Source of the DNA: an uncultured Candidatus Saccharibacteria bacterium
Lineage (GTDB): Bacteria > Patescibacteriota > Minisyncoccia > Phycocordibacterales > UBA5272
Reading direction: 5' to 3'
Assembly (NCBI GenBank): GCA_964576685.1
Contig: CAZNVC010000001.1
Location: 3,775-67,774 of the forward strand
Length of the DNA stretch: 64,000 nt
This document shows, in pieces, positions 1 to 8,704 of the stretch. A program made the translations under genes and the position numbers. How positions within the stretch are numbered: position 1 is the stretch's first letter; each line of letters starts with the position of its first letter. The notes beneath the pieces were generated by a model. That model was not told the DNA's origin and did no database searches. It was given only the letters and a program-made list of their open reading frames with translations.

Positions 1-2759
1 GCTGGATTAAGCGGGGTTGAAGCTGGTGCGGCTCCTGAAAGTGTTCCTATAAGAAATCCTCCAAGAGTTGTATTCGCTGCTGCTGAGTGAGTTTTACCTA
101 TACCACCTTTATTGCCAAATGCGGTCGTTGCATCCCTTCCACAAAGTTTACTAATGGCATAGGAACCGCCTGGATGGAATGAAAGGTACGCCGCCACGGA
201 ATATACGTTAGTTCCAACAACAATCCAACAATCAGATGCTGATGAGTGTGCAGCTATCTGTGACGCTGTATAAGTACTCGATGTAGGTGTTGGGGTAGGA
301 GTTGGTGATGGCGTTGGTGCAGGACCCGAAAGAGTTCCAATGAGATATCCACCAAGAAGAGTATGGGCGGAGGCAGAGTGAGTACCTGTACCCCCACGAG
401 TATTAAATCCTGTAGTAGCATCCTGTCCACACAAATTTGTAATCACTGTCATCCCCCCTGGATGCATTGAGATATAACTTCCCACAGAATAGACATTAGT
501 GCCGACAACTATCCAACAATCAGATGCTGTGTTATGGGTAGCTATCTGAGCGGCGGTATAAGGGCCCCCTGTTGGGGTTGGAGTTGGTGTTGGCGTTGGG
601 GTTGGAGTTGGGGTAGGTGTTGGAGTTGGCGTTGGGGTCGTGCCTGCAACATATCCGATAAGAAAACCTCCAAGCAACGACCACGCAGTTGACGAGTGAG
701 CTCCAGTTCCACCACGTGTAGTGAACCCTGATGTTGCATCTTTTCCACAGAGATTTGCTATCACAGTAGTTCCTCCTGGATGCATTGAGATATAACTTCC
801 CACAGAATATACATTGTTGTTAACGATAATCCAGCAATCTGATGGTGTAGCGTGAGATGCTATTTGTGTAGAGGTATATGCAGTAGTTGGGGTAGGAGTT
901 GGAGTGGGTGTTGGTGTTGGTGTCGGAGTTGGAGTTGGTGTTGGAGCTGGGGTTGGTGCAGGTGATGGTGAAGCGGCACCAACTGTCCCCACAAGGTAGC
1001 CACCAAGTAACGACCATGCGTATGACGAGTGTGCCCCAGTTCCCCCTCGTGTTGTAAACCCTGTAGTTGCATCTTGTCCACAAAGCGCAGAGATAATACT
1101 TACTCCTCCTGGATGCATTGCAATATAACTTCCCACTGAATAAATATTATTAGACACAATAATCCAACAATCTGATTGAGTGGTGTGTGTTGCAACTTGA
1201 GCAGCGCTATATGTTCCAGACGGACTTGGAGTTGGTGTTGGAGCTGGGGTTGGTGTAGGAGTCGGAGTAGGAGTTGGGATTGGCGTGGTTCCGGCAATTG
1301 TCCCTACGAGATACCCTCCAAGCAACGACCACGCAGTTGACGAGTGAGCTCCTGTTCCACCACGTGTAGTGAACCCTGATGTTGCATCTTTTCCACAGAG
1401 ATTTGCTATCACAGTAGTTCCTCCTGGATGCATAGAGATATAACTTCCAATAGAATATACATTGTTGTTAACGATAATCCAGCAATCTGACTTTGTGCCA
1501 TGACCAGAGACCTGAGAAAGAGTATATTCGTTAGACGAAGATGTTTGTGGTTGTTTAGTTACCGGAATAGGAGCAGGTGAAGGAGTGACTGGGATTGCCG
1601 ATGATAGTGCACCTACCAGATACCCACCAAGTAACGACCATGCATATGATGTATGGGCACCAGTTCCATCACGAGTAATAAAAATAGTTGTCGCATCTTT
1701 ACCACATACATTGATAATATTGAGTTTCCCTCCTGGGTGAAGTGCAATGTAACTCGAGACTGAATAGACATTACCAGAAACAATTATCCAACAGTCAGAC
1801 TCCTTAGCATGGGTTGCAACTTGCTCAAACGTGTAGCCACTTGTGGTATTTTGAGGCGTCTGAGGCTGATTTGAAGATGGTAGTGCTCCAACAAGAAAGC
1901 TACCAAGCAACGACCACGCAGTTGACGAGTGAGCTCCTGTTCCACCACGTGTTGCAAACAGTGTCGTCGCATCCGTGCCACACGAATTCACAATTGCTGA
2001 CCTTCCTCCAGGGTGAAGCACGATGTAACTCGACACCGAATATACTTTTCCAGATACAATTATCCAACAATCAGATGGAGTATTATGTGTCGCGACCTGA
2101 GATTCAGTAATACTCTTTATAGTAGTTTTTGATTGGGGTTGCGCTACAGAAATAAAGGTTGCTGTCACTTCGTGCGCTTCATCCATTTTTACTACACATG
2201 ATCCTGTGCCGGTACATGCACCACTCCAGCCCGAGAATGTGCTTCCTGGTCCAGGGGTTGCGACAAGTGTCGCTGAAGAATCTTTCGCAAACTTAACAGA
2301 ACAAATTGTTCCACAAATCATTCCTGAAGAATAAATAATACTCCCGTCCCCTTTAACAGAGGTATTAAGTGCGTATGACGAATCTGTGTTAGTCTGTTTA
2401 TTTGTGACAAGATCAAACAGTTTACCAAAAATTGACTGATCGGTATCGGTAGTATCACTAGGGGTATTAAGGCTAGTATCTGTAGCGACTGCATTCTGTG
2501 TACTTGTTGCCCCCTCAAGCAAAGGTAAGTAGTAGGCACCGATATCTGAGGACACGATTGATTCGTGAAGTTTTGCTGATTTTGTGACAAGTACTGCAAC
2601 AGGATCATTTGTCGCAGCTGGAGCATTAACAACAATTGAATTTGCATCGTTTGTCGCCTGTATCATTTTACTGTTCTCATTATGAACCAATGCCGAAGAA
2701 AGTGAACCGACAAAAAGTATCCACATGAGAGTCATTGTTCCTAGATACGGTGACGGCAT
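1..2759 (-). CDS. Secreted multi-cytochrome b5 repeat protein (partial; C-terminus runs off the window start). N-terminal signal peptide/TM, one divergent InlB B-repeat-like domain, then >=7 tandem cytochrome b5-like heme-binding domains separated by Pro/Thr-rich linkers
   Basis: Hand translation of the minus strand in one continuous frame from ATG 2759..2757 (MPSPYLGTMTLMWILFVGSLSSALV...). No complete ORF in this frame appears in the ORF track, consistent with it being open to position 1. The unit (H/T)xxxSDCWIIVxGxVYSVxSYIxxHPGG...CGxDATxxFxxRGGTGAHSxxAWSLLGxxLVG recurs about every 300 bp (repeat starts near 2070, 1770, 1470, 1170, 810, 510, 210). The HPGG heme-ligand motif and second His match cytochrome b5. 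The N-terminal segment GxICGxxCxxKFAKDSSATLVATPGPGSTFSGWSGACTGTGSCVVKMDEAHEVTATF matches the divergent InlB B-repeat pattern. Confidence 0.75.
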   Translation of the reverse strand, partial: MPSPYLGTMTLMWILFVGSLSSALVHNENSKMIQATNDANSIVVNAPAATNDPVAVLVTKSAKLHESIVSSDIGAYYLPLLEGATSTQNAVATDTSLNTPSDTTDTDQSIFGKLFDLVTNKQTNTDSSYALNTSVKGDGSIIYSSGMICGTICSVKFAKDSSATLVATPGPGSTFSGWSGACTGTGSCVVKMDEAHEVTATFISVAQPQSKTTIKSITESQVATHNTPSDCWIIVSGKVYSVSSYIVLHPGGRSAIVNSCGTDATTLFATRGGTGAHSSTAWSLLGSFLVGALPSSNQPQTPQNTTSGYTFEQVATHAKESDCWIIVSGNVYSVSSYIALHPGGKLNIINVCGKDATTIFITRDGTGAHTSYAWSLLGGYLVGALSSAIPVTPSPAPIPVTKQPQTSSSNEYTLSQVSGHGTKSDCWIIVNNNVYSIGSYISMHPGGTTVIANLCGKDATSGFTTRGGTGAHSSTAWSLLGGYLVGTIAGTTPIPTPTPTPTPTPAPTPTPSPSGTYSAAQVATHTTQSDCWIIVSNNIYSVGSYIAMHPGGVSIISALCGQDATTGFTTRGGTGAHSSYAWSLLGGYLVGTVGAASPSPAPTPAPTPTPTPTPTPTPTPTPTPTTAYTSTQIASHATPSDCWIIVNNNVYSVGSYISMHPGGTTVIANLCGKDATSGFTTRGGTGAHSSTAWSLLGGFLIGYVAGTTPTPTPTPTPTPTPTPTPTPTPTGGPYTAAQIATHNTASDCWIVVGTNVYSVGSYISMHPGGMTVITNLCGQDATTGFNTRGGTGTHSASAHTLLGGYLIGTLSGPAPTPSPTPTPTPTSSTYTASQIAAHSSASDCWIVVGTNVYSVAAYLSFHPGGSYAISKLCGRDATTAFGNKGGIGKTHSAAANTTLGGFLIGTLSGAAPASTPLNP
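150..2100 (-). repeat. Coding tandem repeats of ~300 bp (cytochrome b5 domain plus PT linker), 7 copies in the window
   Basis: Near-identical stretches such as ccaggatgcat..tataacttcc and caacgaccacgcagttgacgagtgagctcc recur with ~300 bp period. Confidence 0.8.
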
Positions 2760-2776
2760 GATATTTGCAATAATTA

Positions 2777-3343
2777 TTACAGTTTAACTGTAGCTCCAAG
2801 TGTCCCTACGAGAAACTGACCGAGAAGTGACCATGCAGACGACGAGTGCTCCCCTGTTCCGCCTCGTGTTGTGAAAGAGGTGGTCGCATCCTTACCACAT
2901 ACATTCACAATTGCCGACCTTCCTCCTGGATGCATCGCAATATAACTCGACACTGAATATACTTTTCCAGAAACAATGATCCAGCAATCTGATTGAGTAG
3001 TGTGAGAAGCAACAAGAGTCTTAGTAAGTACAGTTCCTGATGGCGCTTTGGTTGTTGTTTTTGATGTTGTGGTAGTAGTTGTTTTCTTAGCGGTTGTAGA
3101 AGTTGTCTTTTTGGTAGCAGGTTTTGCCAATCCATCAGCTTGGAATTGTTGTTCTAATAAATCTATTTTTTTCTGAGAATCATCTACTGAAGTTGTGATT
3201 TGAGCCAACTGCAATTGCATTTTTTTTGTATAGGCTTCTTTAGTTAAGCGATTATCATAACTAATATATCCTGCAATAAGAATAGAAGAAACTACCCCCA
3301 AGAAGAGGAAAGAAAAGAATGTGAAGAAAGTTTTCATTGACAT
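2777..3343 (-). CDS. Membrane-anchored cytochrome b5 domain protein (N-terminal TM helix, coiled-coil/Lys-Thr-rich linker, C-terminal cyt b5-like heme-binding domain)
   Basis: ORF 2777..3451, with the internal start MSMKTFFTFFSFLFLGVVSSILIAGYI at 3343 avoiding overlap with the upstream gene. C-terminus HTTQSDCWIIVSGKVYSVSSYIAMHPGG...CGKDATTSF...GEHS is a cytochrome b5 signature. A 5-bp gap to the upstream gene suggests an operon. Confidence 0.75.
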   Translation of the reverse strand: MSMKTFFTFFSFLFLGVVSSILIAGYISYDNRLTKEAYTKKMQLQLAQITTSVDDSQKKIDLLEQQFQADGLAKPATKKTTSTTAKKTTTTTTSKTTTKAPSGTVLTKTLVASHTTQSDCWIIVSGKVYSVSSYIAMHPGGRSAIVNVCGKDATTSFTTRGGTGEHSSSAWSLLGQFLVGTLGATVKL

Positions 3344-3348
3344 AGTGT

Positions 3349-4680
3349 TTATTTTAGAAGTGCGAACCGTTCCGAGTGTATACGGCCACGGGCAATACCA
3401 GAAGTAACAAGAGCACCAATGAGTGCTGACATCATTGGTGGTGGACCACACACAAAGATGTCTCGCTTTGTAGCATTATCGACTGTCTTGATAATCCCCT
3501 CTGCAGTCACATACCCAGCGGTGTCGCTTGGCATAAAATGAAAGACAAATGATGGATGCTTTTTTGCAAGACTTGTAAATAATTCTTTATAGACGCCATC
3601 CTTCTCGCTTCGTGCTGAGTAAAAGAAATCAATTGTGTAATCAATAGTTTCTTTACTCAAAAGATCTTCTGCCATACTTGTAAATGGTGTTACTCCTATC
3701 CCCCCTGCCACCCAGATCTGAGCACGAGACCCATTTGTATAAGTAAATTCTCCAAAAGGCCCCTCGAGGCGTGCCTTGGTACCTACAGCTAGTTGTGGAA
3801 GAAGTCCGGTATAATCTCCAAGTGATTTAATAGAAAAACGAACTTCACCAGTGTCATGTGACGCACTACTAATAGTAAACGGATGCTCTTCATCCCCAAC
3901 CACTTTTGAATTGACAAAAGAAAGCATGGCAAACTGTCCAGGAAAATGTTTCAACATTTTTTTCACAGGAGCCAAAGTAATTTCAGTTACTCCTTGTCCA
4001 AGATCGCTCACACTACTTACATTGTACTTAAAGCGTGGGACAAGAACATTCCCAAGAAGAGTTCTGTATACAAAAGCAATACATCCAATAATTGCCATCC
4101 CGAGACAGGAAACCTTTAATACAATATCCGAACTTGCTGAACTTGGAATCACATAAATATGTAGTGCCGCCAAGAAAAAAGCTGCCCCCATAAAACGATG
4201 TGCATTCTTAAGTGATCGATACGAAAAAATAGATCCATAGAATGTAATAAAAAGAAGCACTATCATAAGGAGCAGTGCATAGATGCCGTAGTCTCTTGCG
4301 AGAGTGTTGTGAATAGGTACTAAAAACCACATTACATCCTCAATAGAGTCTCCAAGATAACGAAATGCAAGAATAAGAGGATGAACCGCAAGGAGTGAAA
4401 AAGCTATTACCCCGATGCGATGATGGATTACATATAATCTATCAAGACCACCAAAGAAAAATTCCATACTCTTTAATCGTGCACTAAGGAGAAGTGCAAA
4501 TGCAAAAAGCTGTGCCCCGATAATTCCCGTTAACTGCCCAACCAATGTCATGAAAAGAAATGACGAATATACACTATCCTTAAGTGGAGCATGCAAGAAC
4601 CACGATAGTACCGGCACACCTACTATGATAGTAACAAGTGGTATCCATAATATCCTAGAAATGTTGTGTGGAATGTGCAT
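3349..4680 (-). CDS. Ferric reductase / NADPH-oxidase (NOX)-like transmembrane flavocytochrome b (FRD heme domain + FAD-binding + NAD(P)H-binding)
   Basis: 443 aa. Two bis-His pairs in TM helices (HHRIGVIAFSLLAVH = H-x13-H; AHRFMGAAFFLAALH = H-x12-H). FAD motif HPFTISS. NAD(P)H motifs GGIGVTPF and CGPPPM, typical of the FRE/NOX family. Confidence 0.8.
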   Translation of the reverse strand: MHIPHNISRILWIPLVTIIVGVPVLSWFLHAPLKDSVYSSFLFMTLVGQLTGIIGAQLFAFALLLSARLKSMEFFFGGLDRLYVIHHRIGVIAFSLLAVHPLILAFRYLGDSIEDVMWFLVPIHNTLARDYGIYALLLMIVLLFITFYGSIFSYRSLKNAHRFMGAAFFLAALHIYVIPSSASSDIVLKVSCLGMAIIGCIAFVYRTLLGNVLVPRFKYNVSSVSDLGQGVTEITLAPVKKMLKHFPGQFAMLSFVNSKVVGDEEHPFTISSASHDTGEVRFSIKSLGDYTGLLPQLAVGTKARLEGPFGEFTYTNGSRAQIWVAGGIGVTPFTSMAEDLLSKETIDYTIDFFYSARSEKDGVYKELFTSLAKKHPSFVFHFMPSDTAGYVTAEGIIKTVDNATKRDIFVCGPPPMMSALIGALVTSGIARGRIHSERFALLK

Positions 4681-4704
4681 AGAACGTATATAATGTGAAC
4701 GAAA

Positions 4705-5136
4705 TTAAAATGTAAAAAGCGGGAATACAAATTCGCGAAGTGGTCCGTACCAAAAGACAAGATTGAAATAGGCAAGTACCAAAAACCATACAATGGTCCA
4801 ACGCACTAAATACAGCTGCAAAAACTTCCCCCACTTAGTTTTTGCAAAACGATAAAGAAGGTAGATGACAGCAAAAACTGGTGGTGCGAAAATAATTTGC
4901 ATAAGCCAACCATGAAGTGACATATCCATTGTCCAATTAGGAGCAAGGAATGTAAAAATCATTGGAGCAACAAAATTTGGTCCATTACAAATAGTGACAC
5001 ACTCCTTTGCACCGTGTGGTGCCCAAAGAAATATTACAAGAAAATATATCGTATAGCGGTTAATCGGTTCAATATATTTTTCGATATTAATTTTTTCAAA
5101 CACCTTCTTAACAACCATTATTCTTAAGTGTATCAT
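4705..5136 (-). CDS. Hypothetical integral membrane protein (4 predicted TM helices), first gene of the cyt b5/NOX module
   Basis: 143 aa hydrophobic ORF, 24 bp upstream of the NOX-like gene on the same strand. Confidence 0.5.
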   Translation of the reverse strand: MIHLRIMVVKKVFEKINIEKYIEPINRYTIYFLVIFLWAPHGAKECVTICNGPNFVAPMIFTFLAPNWTMDMSLHGWLMQIIFAPPVFAVIYLLYRFAKTKWGKFLQLYLVRWTIVWFLVLAYFNLVFWYGPLREFVFPLFTF

Positions 5137-5239
5137 ACAAGTTCATGCCAAAATACCGTATTCCCCATATATGAAGCATATTGACTTATACTCCATATAC
5201 ACGGTACGATAGAGCATCTCTTTACAAGGAGAATTCTTA

Positions 5240-5623
5240 ATGGAAGCAATTGCTCTTGTGGCGATTGTGTGGGGAGTTGCTGGACTTTTATTGTTCAGTA
5301 TTTACCGACTGTATAAAAAGAAAAAGATTTCTTGGAAACAGGCAAGTGTTGCGGTTCTCATTGTTTTCTCACTACGAGGGACACTCATTACGTTTTTAGC
5401 TGGTGTCCTTATTTATGATATTTACATTGCGTACGCAGTCCCTGTGACTGAATATCTTGCTTCTCTTTTCCAAGAGGACGTTTCCGACGCAGTACAGGAA
5501 ACATCATCTCAAGGAGAGCAAAGTGAACAACTTCCGCCTTTCACCAAAGAAACTGCGGAAGACGGGGAAGCGAGTGCTCACGAAAGCGAAACATCTGCTC
5601 AATCAGAATCCGATGAGGAGTAA
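5240..5623 (+). CDS. Hypothetical small membrane protein with acidic Ser/Glu-rich C-terminal tail
   Basis: 127 aa ORF with two hydrophobic helices followed by EDVSDAVQETSSQGEQSEQ...SESDEE. Confidence 0.45.
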   Translation: MEAIALVAIVWGVAGLLLFSIYRLYKKKKISWKQASVAVLIVFSLRGTLITFLAGVLIYDIYIAYAVPVTEYLASLFQEDVSDAVQETSSQGEQSEQLPPFTKETAEDGEASAHESETSAQSESDEE

Positions 5624-5644
5624 GCGTCACATGGAGTACAACAT

Positions 5645-6880
5645 CTATGCGACGCTTTTATTTTTGTAATATCGTGCTATGAAATTATTTTTAAATTCCA
5701 TGAATGTTCCATCCATAAGATGTCGGCGTGCATCAGCACAGAGCGTTGTAAGAAATGTGAGATTATGAATTGAAGCTAATGTTGCTGCAAGCATCTCATC
5801 TGATCGAAAGAGGTGCGCAAGGTACGCCTTAGTATACGTATGTGTGTACCATCGCTCATCATCTGAAACTGGTGACATATCTTCTTTATATCGAGCATTG
5901 GTGATATTAATACGACCATCAAGCGTATAGAGAGCACCGTTACGAGCAATACGTGTTGGTGCAACACAATCAAATGTATCAACACCATTTTCTATACCAA
6001 GCAAAATATCAATTGGTTCACCAATACCGAGCAAATGTCGTGGCTTATGCTCTGGCAAAATTTCATTCACCCATCTCACTGCGGTCCCCATATCTTCTTT
6101 TGTAAAACTCCCCCCTATTCCATAACCATCAAAATCCATCGCACCGAGCACTCTTGCTGACTCTTTACGAAGTTCTTCGTAGGCACCCCCTTGAACAACA
6201 CCAAAGAGCGCTTGCATTTCTCCTGTGGCTTTACTTTTCCCAAGTCTTTTATGTTCAGCGAGACTTCTTTCTGCCCATTTGTGAGTACGAGCAATTGCTT
6301 TTCTTTGGTAGTCGATTGGTGCAAGCGGTGAGGTACACTCGTCAAAGGCAAAGAACATATCTGCACCTAAGTTATGCTGAATCTGCATACTGCGCTCAGG
6401 AGTAAAACGATGAACACTCCCATCATGGACAGATTTAAATGTTACTCCATCATCATCAATCTTCGCCAACTTCTCATGAACTTGCTCATGATCACGCTCG
6501 ATTGTTTCCCTTTTACTTATTTCCTCCGACGTTGCAATCTTACTCACCCCGTGCCCGAGTGCCTGACCAAGTGAAAACACTTGAAATCCTCCAGAGTCAG
6601 TAAACGTTGGACCAGACCACCCCATCATCTTGGCAAACCCTCCATGCTTTGCAATCAATTCGTCTCCTGGTTCAAGATAGAGATGATAGGTATTAGCAAG
6701 AACACACTGAGCTCCAACGTACTCTTTTACTTCTTCTACGGTGAGTGCTTTCACTGTTGCTTTGGTGCCTACCGTAATAAATGCTGGCGTCTCTACATCA
6801 CCATGAGGAGTATGAATTACCCCCGCTCGTGCAAGCGGTGCTTCTTTTGATGCATGAAGTATTGTAAATGAAAAATCCAT
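5645..6880 (-). CDS. tgt: Queuine tRNA-ribosyltransferase (tRNA-guanine transglycosylase)
   Basis: TPHGDVETPAFITVGTKATVKALT...LANTYHLYLEPG...GPTFTDSGGFQVFSLG matches the Tgt N-terminus. Start placed at the internal Met (MDFSFTILHAS, 6880) rather than ORF-track 7111, which would overlap the divergent downstream gene. Confidence 0.85.
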   Translation of the reverse strand: MDFSFTILHASKEAPLARAGVIHTPHGDVETPAFITVGTKATVKALTVEEVKEYVGAQCVLANTYHLYLEPGDELIAKHGGFAKMMGWSGPTFTDSGGFQVFSLGQALGHGVSKIATSEEISKRETIERDHEQVHEKLAKIDDDGVTFKSVHDGSVHRFTPERSMQIQHNLGADMFFAFDECTSPLAPIDYQRKAIARTHKWAERSLAEHKRLGKSKATGEMQALFGVVQGGAYEELRKESARVLGAMDFDGYGIGGSFTKEDMGTAVRWVNEILPEHKPRHLLGIGEPIDILLGIENGVDTFDCVAPTRIARNGALYTLDGRINITNARYKEDMSPVSDDERWYTHTYTKAYLAHLFRSDEMLAATLASIHNLTFLTTLCADARRHLMDGTFMEFKNNFIARYYKNKSVA

Positions 6881-7024
6881 GCTTCCTATACTACCATACA
6901 CTCCCTTCTTCTGTATGACGACATGAAGCATATAGTAGAAAGATGGAAGAAAAATAACAACACTGTACAAAACTACCATTTTAATGTAGTGTGATGGTGG
7001 TCCGAACATTGTAAAAAGGGTACT

Positions 7025-7735
7025 ATGGACACACTCACTCTCGAAAAGCGCAGGCTTCTCGAGAGACTCGAGAAAGCCATCGTCCCACTTCACTTCCAGG
7101 AAAAAGAACACAGGAGCATTATCACTGCCTTTAATATTTCATTCGAAGGACACCGACTTGCTCCGAGGCGTGCGACTGGTGAAATCTACTTCATGCATGT
7201 CTTTCGACAATTCATGAAAATGACTCGTCTCATGATTCGCCATCACGTCTCCTCATCTGATCTTCTTGCTGCAATTTTACTCCATGACGTTGTTGAAGAT
7301 GCGGAAAAAGGGAAGACAAGTGATTTCATGGTAAGATCACAAATTCACCTTCAGGTTAACCGAAGGATTGAATATTATGTCATGTGCCTCACCAAAAGAA
7401 AAAATATTGAAAGTCGCGGAGATTACCTCCGTAGAATTATTGGATGCGAAGAATGGAGAGTACTTATTGCAAAAGGAGGTGATGCCAATGATAACATTAT
7501 CACTCTTGCAGCAACTCCTCTTCACAATCAAGCAGAGAAAGTAAGAGAAATTTTTGTGTACTATCCGATTATCAAGAAAAAAACTATCCATCTTATCACC
7601 TGTGAAGGAATGGGTGGTGTACTTCCCAAGTGGAGAGGATGGATCGCCATCACAAATGCCCTCCATCATAACCTACGCAGAAATGCATGGAAGGAACGGA
7701 GGCGTCTCGAAAATCTAGAAATCAAAGTCATGTAA
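7025..7735 (+). CDS. HD-domain protein, RelA/SpoT-family (p)ppGpp hydrolase-like (small alarmone hydrolase)
   Basis: 236 aa. LLAAILLHDVVEDA matches the RelA/SpoT HD-domain signature (LLHDVVEDT). Confidence 0.6.
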   Translation: MDTLTLEKRRLLERLEKAIVPLHFQEKEHRSIITAFNISFEGHRLAPRRATGEIYFMHVFRQFMKMTRLMIRHHVSSSDLLAAILLHDVVEDAEKGKTSDFMVRSQIHLQVNRRIEYYVMCLTKRKNIESRGDYLRRIIGCEEWRVLIAKGGDANDNIITLAATPLHNQAEKVREIFVYYPIIKKKTIHLITCEGMGGVLPKWRGWIAITNALHHNLRRNAWKERRRLENLEIKVM

Positions 7736-7748
7736 ACTCACAGAATGG

Positions 7749-8666
7749 TTACATGACTTTTTTTATTTCCCCCACAGTAGCATCGGTAACTTCTCGTAAT
7801 TTTAAATAAATAAAGTGACGCTTAGACGCAACTGCCGCAAAAACAAACGATAGTACCATTATCATTCCACCAAGCACCTTTACAGGAGATGTCGCCTCAG
7901 CAAAAACAACCCATGAGACAACTGCCCCGGTAAGAGGTTCAACTACTCCATCATAAATCGCTGCAACCATTTCATCTGCATATCTGCTTGCCCACTGAAT
8001 GATGACATAAGGAATAGTGGTGAACATAACCACCTGCCACAATAGATCAACGCGCACTCCTTCAGGAACACTAAACGAAGTTCCTGAATATTTCGCCCAT
8101 ACAAAACAGATAATCGAAATGACAAAAAATTGTTGCACACAGAGCGTTGTGATATGCCGAGCTTTTTCAGCTTCAAATCTTTCTGAGTAGATAAAATAAA
8201 ATGCGCTCGCAAGTGCTGAAAGGAGAAGAATTCCTTCGCCTAGACCAAAACCCCCAACACCTCCTACAAGTAAATACATTCCGACGGTTGCTATTATAAT
8301 TGCGATACTGTCTTCTTTTTTTACTGTTCGTTTAAAAAAGAGAAATCCAACGAACGGAATAATAAGCATACCAAGATTTGTAAGAAATACTGTATTGGCA
8401 GAACTCGTCATCTTGAGTCCGACCATTTCAAGAATCTCCATGCCACACAAAAAGAAACCAAGTATCGCCCCCTCTTTCCATCTATATGCAATAGGAATCT
8501 TTTTTATTAGAGCATACGCAAAGAAAAAAATTCCGGAAAGAAAAAAATTCCAAAAAGTAAAGACAACAGGGTCAACAACCTGAAGAAGTGGTTTCTGAAC
8601 TGCGTAACTTGCGCCCCACAAGATTGCAGCAATAAAAAATACTATTTTTGATTTATTTTTATTCAT
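7749..8666 (-). CDS. EamA/DMT-family drug/metabolite transporter-like membrane protein (10 TM)
   Basis: 305 aa polytopic membrane protein with two similar 5-TM halves. Confidence 0.5.
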   Translation of the reverse strand: MNKNKSKIVFFIAAILWGASYAVQKPLLQVVDPVVFTFWNFFLSGIFFFAYALIKKIPIAYRWKEGAILGFFLCGMEILEMVGLKMTSSANTVFLTNLGMLIIPFVGFLFFKRTVKKEDSIAIIIATVGMYLLVGGVGGFGLGEGILLLSALASAFYFIYSERFEAEKARHITTLCVQQFFVISIICFVWAKYSGTSFSVPEGVRVDLLWQVVMFTTIPYVIIQWASRYADEMVAAIYDGVVEPLTGAVVSWVVFAEATSPVKVLGGMIMVLSFVFAAVASKRHFIYLKLREVTDATVGEIKKVM

Positions 8667-8704
8667 AGTTATATTTCTGCTTCTTCAATTGACACCGAAC
8701 ACTC

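Noticed and set aside
542-2110. ORF-track ORFs 542..748, 820..1083, 860..1081, 1100..1297, 1784..1981 (-) and 1814..2110 (+)
   Set aside because: They lie in alternative frames of the continuous cytochrome b5 repeat frame (verified by hand translation). The ORF-track products are low-complexity (Gln/His/Pro/Thr runs), whereas the real frame gives the HPGG cyt b5 motif every ~100 aa.
2318-2647. ORF 2318..2647 (-) 109 aa
   Set aside because: Out-of-frame overlap with the N-terminal domain of the multi-b5 protein; Leu/Gln-rich junk composition.
6880-7111. N-terminal 77-aa extension of the tgt ORF (start at 7111)
   Set aside because: The extension is hydrophobic junk and would overlap the divergently transcribed HD-domain gene start. 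The Tgt homology begins at the internal Met (6880).
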